DNA from: Escherichia phage 536_P3
DNA: 40,175 nt
Reading direction: 5' to 3' (one strand)
Sequence record: PQ227709
The translations under genes were made by a program, and so were the position numbers. The notes below the pieces were generated by a model that saw only the letters and a program-made list of their open reading frames with translations, did not search any database and was not told where the DNA came from. Below, piece after piece: positions 37,537 through 40,175 of the stretch. The first letter of the stretch is position 1. Each line of letters starts with the position of its first letter.

Positions 37537-39274
37537 TGCGCTAATCATTGCGCAGCTTAAGGGTGACTTCGTGGCCTTCCTGTTCGTATTGTGGAAGGCT
37601 TTGGCTCTCCCGCCACCGACTAAGTGTCAGATTGATATGGCCCGGTGTCTGGCTAACGGAGACAACAAGAAGTTTATCCTACAGGCTTTCCGTGGTATCG
37701 GGAAGTCATTCATCACCTGTGCGTTCGTTGTGTGGACGTTATGGCGTGACCCTCAGTTGAAGATACTGATTGTCTCTGCATCCAAAGAGCGTGCGGACGC
37801 TAACTCCATCTTCATCAAGAACATCATTGACCTGCTGCCCTTCTTGGCTGAGCTAAAGCCTCGCCCCGGTCAGCGTGACTCTGTGATTAGTTTCGATGTT
37901 GGCCCTGCCAAGCCTGACCACTCTCCGTCTGTGAAGTCGGTGGGTATCACTGGTCAGTTGACTGGTAGCCGTGCTGATATCATCATAGCGGATGACGTTG
38001 AGATTCCGTCAAACTCCGCAACACAAGGTGCTCGTGAGAAGCTGTGGACTCTGGTGCAGGAATTTGCTGCGCTTCTGAAACCGCTGCCGACTTCTCGCGT
38101 TATCTACCTTGGCACGCCTCAAACCGAAATGACCTTGTACAAGGAACTCGAAGATAACCGTGGGTACACCACAATCATCTGGCCTGCGCTCTATCCGCGT
38201 AGCCGTGAGGAAGACTTGTACTATGGCGACCGTCTGGCCCCGATGCTCCGCGAAGAGTTCAACGATGGGTTCGAGATGCTCCAAGGTCAACCGACTGACC
38301 CCGTGCGCTTCGATATGGAAGACCTGCGTGAGCGTGAGTTGGAATACGGTAAGGCTGGCTTCACTTTGCAGTTCATGCTCAACCCGAACCTGAGTGATGC
38401 CGAGAAGTACCCCTTACGCCTCCGTGACGCTATCGTGTGCGGTCTGGACTTCGAGAAAGCCCCAATGCATTATCAGTGGCTTCCGAACCGTCAGAATCGC
38501 AATGAAGAGCTTCCTAACGTGGGCCTTAAGGGTGATGATATTCATAGCTATCATTCGTGCAGCCAGAACACTGGACAGTACCAGCAGCGCATCCTCGTGA
38601 TTGACCCTAGTGGTCGCGGTAAGGATGAGACTGGTTACGCAGTGTTGTTCACCCTGAACGGCTACATCTATCTGATGGAAGCTGGCGGGTTCCGCGATGG
38701 TTATTCCGATAAGACCCTTGAGTCCCTCGCTAAGAAAGCGAAGCAGTGGAAGGTTCAGACAGTGGTCTTCGAGAGTAACTTCGGGGATGGTATGTTTGGT
38801 AAGGTATTCAGCCCTGTGCTCCTGAAACACCATGCAGCCGCTATGGAAGAGATTCGCGCTCGTGGTATGAAGGAACTACGCATTTGTGATACGCTGGAGC
38901 CTGTACTCTCTACGCACCGCCTTGTGATTCGTGACGAGGTGATTCGTGAGGACTACCAGACTGCCCGTGACGCTGATGGCAAGCATGACGTTCGCTATTC
39001 GCTGTTCTACCAGTTGACCCGTATGGCCCGTGAGAAGGGCGCTGTGGCACATGATGACCGACTTGATGCGTTAGCATTGGGTGTGGAGTTCTTACGCTCT
39101 ACGATGGAACTGGACGCTGTGAAGGTGGAGGCTGAGGTGCTTGAGGCGTTCTTAGAGGAACACATGGAGCACCCAATCCATTCGGCTGGTCATGTAGTTA
39201 CCTCTATGGTTGACGGTATGGAACTCTATTGGGAGGATGACGATGTGAATAGCAATAGGTTCATTGACTGGTAG
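37511..39274 (+). CDS. 19: Terminase large subunit
   Basis: 587-aa ORF at the right end, size and position as T7 gp19. Confidence 0.93.
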   Translation: MSDTQANRNALIIAQLKGDFVAFLFVLWKALALPPPTKCQIDMARCLANGDNKKFILQAFRGIGKSFITCAFVVWTLWRDPQLKILIVSASKERADANSIFIKNIIDLLPFLAELKPRPGQRDSVISFDVGPAKPDHSPSVKSVGITGQLTGSRADIIIADDVEIPSNSATQGAREKLWTLVQEFAALLKPLPTSRVIYLGTPQTEMTLYKELEDNRGYTTIIWPALYPRSREEDLYYGDRLAPMLREEFNDGFEMLQGQPTDPVRFDMEDLRERELEYGKAGFTLQFMLNPNLSDAEKYPLRLRDAIVCGLDFEKAPMHYQWLPNRQNRNEELPNVGLKGDDIHSYHSCSQNTGQYQQRILVIDPSGRGKDETGYAVLFTLNGYIYLMEAGGFRDGYSDKTLESLAKKAKQWKVQTVVFESNFGDGMFGKVFSPVLLKHHAAAMEEIRARGMKELRICDTLEPVLSTHRLVIRDEVIREDYQTARDADGKHDVRYSLFYQLTRMAREKGAVAHDDRLDALALGVEFLRSTMELDAVKVEAEVLEAFLEEHMEHPIHSAGHVVTSMVDGMELYWEDDDVNSNRFIDW

Positions 39275-39354
39275 TTATGCATATTGAGTGCATAAGGAAG
39301 CATTGAGACCACGGATGGTCACTTTAAGAAACTCCTTAAGAATCAACTAGTTTG

Positions 39355-39378
39355 CATTAACCCTCACTAAAGGGAGAG
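39355..39378 (+). promoter_or_regulatory. T3-type phage promoter (phiOR)
   Basis: attaaccctcactaaagggagaga. Confidence 0.8.
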
Positions 39379-39517
39379 AGGGGACTTAAAGCTACTATAT
39401 AGGTTAGTCATTCAAGTTATGCAATGACCCTTTATGCACTTAGAGTCTCCTCTATGATTGGTGATATTATCATTGTATAATCACCCTACCTTAGAGCAAC
39501 TGAAAGGAGGTGGCTCA

Positions 39518-39667
39518 ATGTTACGCTTGCTGATTGCCCTGCTGCGTCATAGAGTCACTTGGCGATTTCTTCTGGTACTTGCTGCTACCCTTGGGTACGC
39601 AGGTCTTACTGACCACCTCGGTCAACTGGAAGTGGCCTTTTGCTCTATACTCTCTTGTGGGGATTAA
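39518..39667 (+). CDS. 19.5: Gene 19.5 small hydrophobic protein
   Basis: ATG 39518 after AAAGGAGG (track ORF starts at 39458); MLRLLIALLRHRVTWRFLLVLAATLGYAGLT... matches recalled T7 gp19.5. Confidence 0.8.
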   Translation: MLRLLIALLRHRVTWRFLLVLAATLGYAGLTDHLGQLEVAFCSILSCGD

Positions 39668-39748
39668 ATTATTGTTGATGACCGACAAGCGGCTCTGAGG
39701 GATTCGTAGGTATAGTTTCACTACACCAACTCATCCCTGTAGAGTCAA

Positions 39749-39890
39749 CCCTAAAGGTTATACCTAAAGATGCCCTGTAGTTCGTAATGGTCTTACAGGG
39801 TCTTCTGGTGTCTCCTAGCTATCCCTTCGGGATGCGCCTATGGTCTCACCTATGGTGTGGCCTTACCTAAAGTGGTTGCCTAAAGAGACC
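39749..39890. repeat. Right-end CCTAAAG short-repeat clusters and a 7-bp inverted repeat, just upstream of the right DTR
   Basis: ccctaaaggttatacctaaagat (39749..39771), CCCTGTA-13 nt-TACAGGG (39773..39800), cctaaagtggttgcctaaagag (39866..39887). Confidence 0.7.
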
Positions 39891-39924
39891 CTTTAAGAAT
39901 TTACCACAAAAATCTGAATGGGTA

Positions 39925-40175
39925 TCTCATAGTGTAAGAACCTCAAGTACCCCCCATAGCCCTCTTAAAGCCACCTAAAGTCAGCCCTACCCCTAGGGTT
40001 TAACCTTCGGTTAACCTTGAGTGTAGCGATAGCTCACTACGGTATCTCTCCAAGTGGTCTATAGGATAGCCTAAAGTGTTGCCTAAAGTCAATACCTAAA
40101 GTGGTGGATGGCTTAAGGAGAGGCTTAAAGAGTGTCCTAGTGTACCAGTTCGATAGTACATCTCTATGTGTCCCT
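39925..40175. repeat. Right direct terminal repeat (copy of 1..251)
   Basis: Direct comparison with the first 251 nt of the window. Confidence 0.9.

Noticed and set aside
37548-38600. Alternate-frame + strand ORFs inside the terminase large subunit gene (37548..37760, 38160..38393, 38394..38600)
   Set aside because: T7 annotates internal 19.2/19.3 frames, but there is no RBS or independent signal here; I cannot support them as genes from sequence alone.

Overview
The window is a complete linear genome of a T7-like podophage of the T3 type, all genes on the + strand. Direct terminal repeats of 251 bp sit at 1..251 and 39925..40175, leaving about 39.9 kb unique. Fifteen copies of the T3-type phage-RNAP promoter (consensus AATTAACCCTCACTAAAGGGAGA) and several RNase III processing hairpins (ACTCAAGG...GGCCTTTATGATT) punctuate the canonical gene order: host sigma70 promoters A1-A3, 0.3 SAM-degrading enzyme, 0.7 kinase, gene 1 RNAP, ligase, SSB, endonuclease I, lysozyme, primase-helicase, DNA polymerase, exonuclease, portal, scaffold, capsid, tail tube, internal virion proteins, tail fiber, holin, spanins and terminase. 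No tRNA, CRISPR or lysogeny genes were seen. Against this backbone the unexplained or accessory features are: (1) a 136-aa ORF with a strong RBS and no recognisable motif between the tail fiber and the holin; (2) three free-standing HNH endonuclease genes inserted among replication genes; (3) a perfect 127-bp tandem duplication of the boxA-like element and RNase III site upstream of gene 0.3; (4) an extra small ORF between 5.7 and 5.9; (5) small unassigned ORFs at 2155..2509. Protein identifications rest on my recollection of T7/T3 protein sequences and motifs, not on a database search, and starts were corrected where the ORF track used non-ATG or upstream codons.
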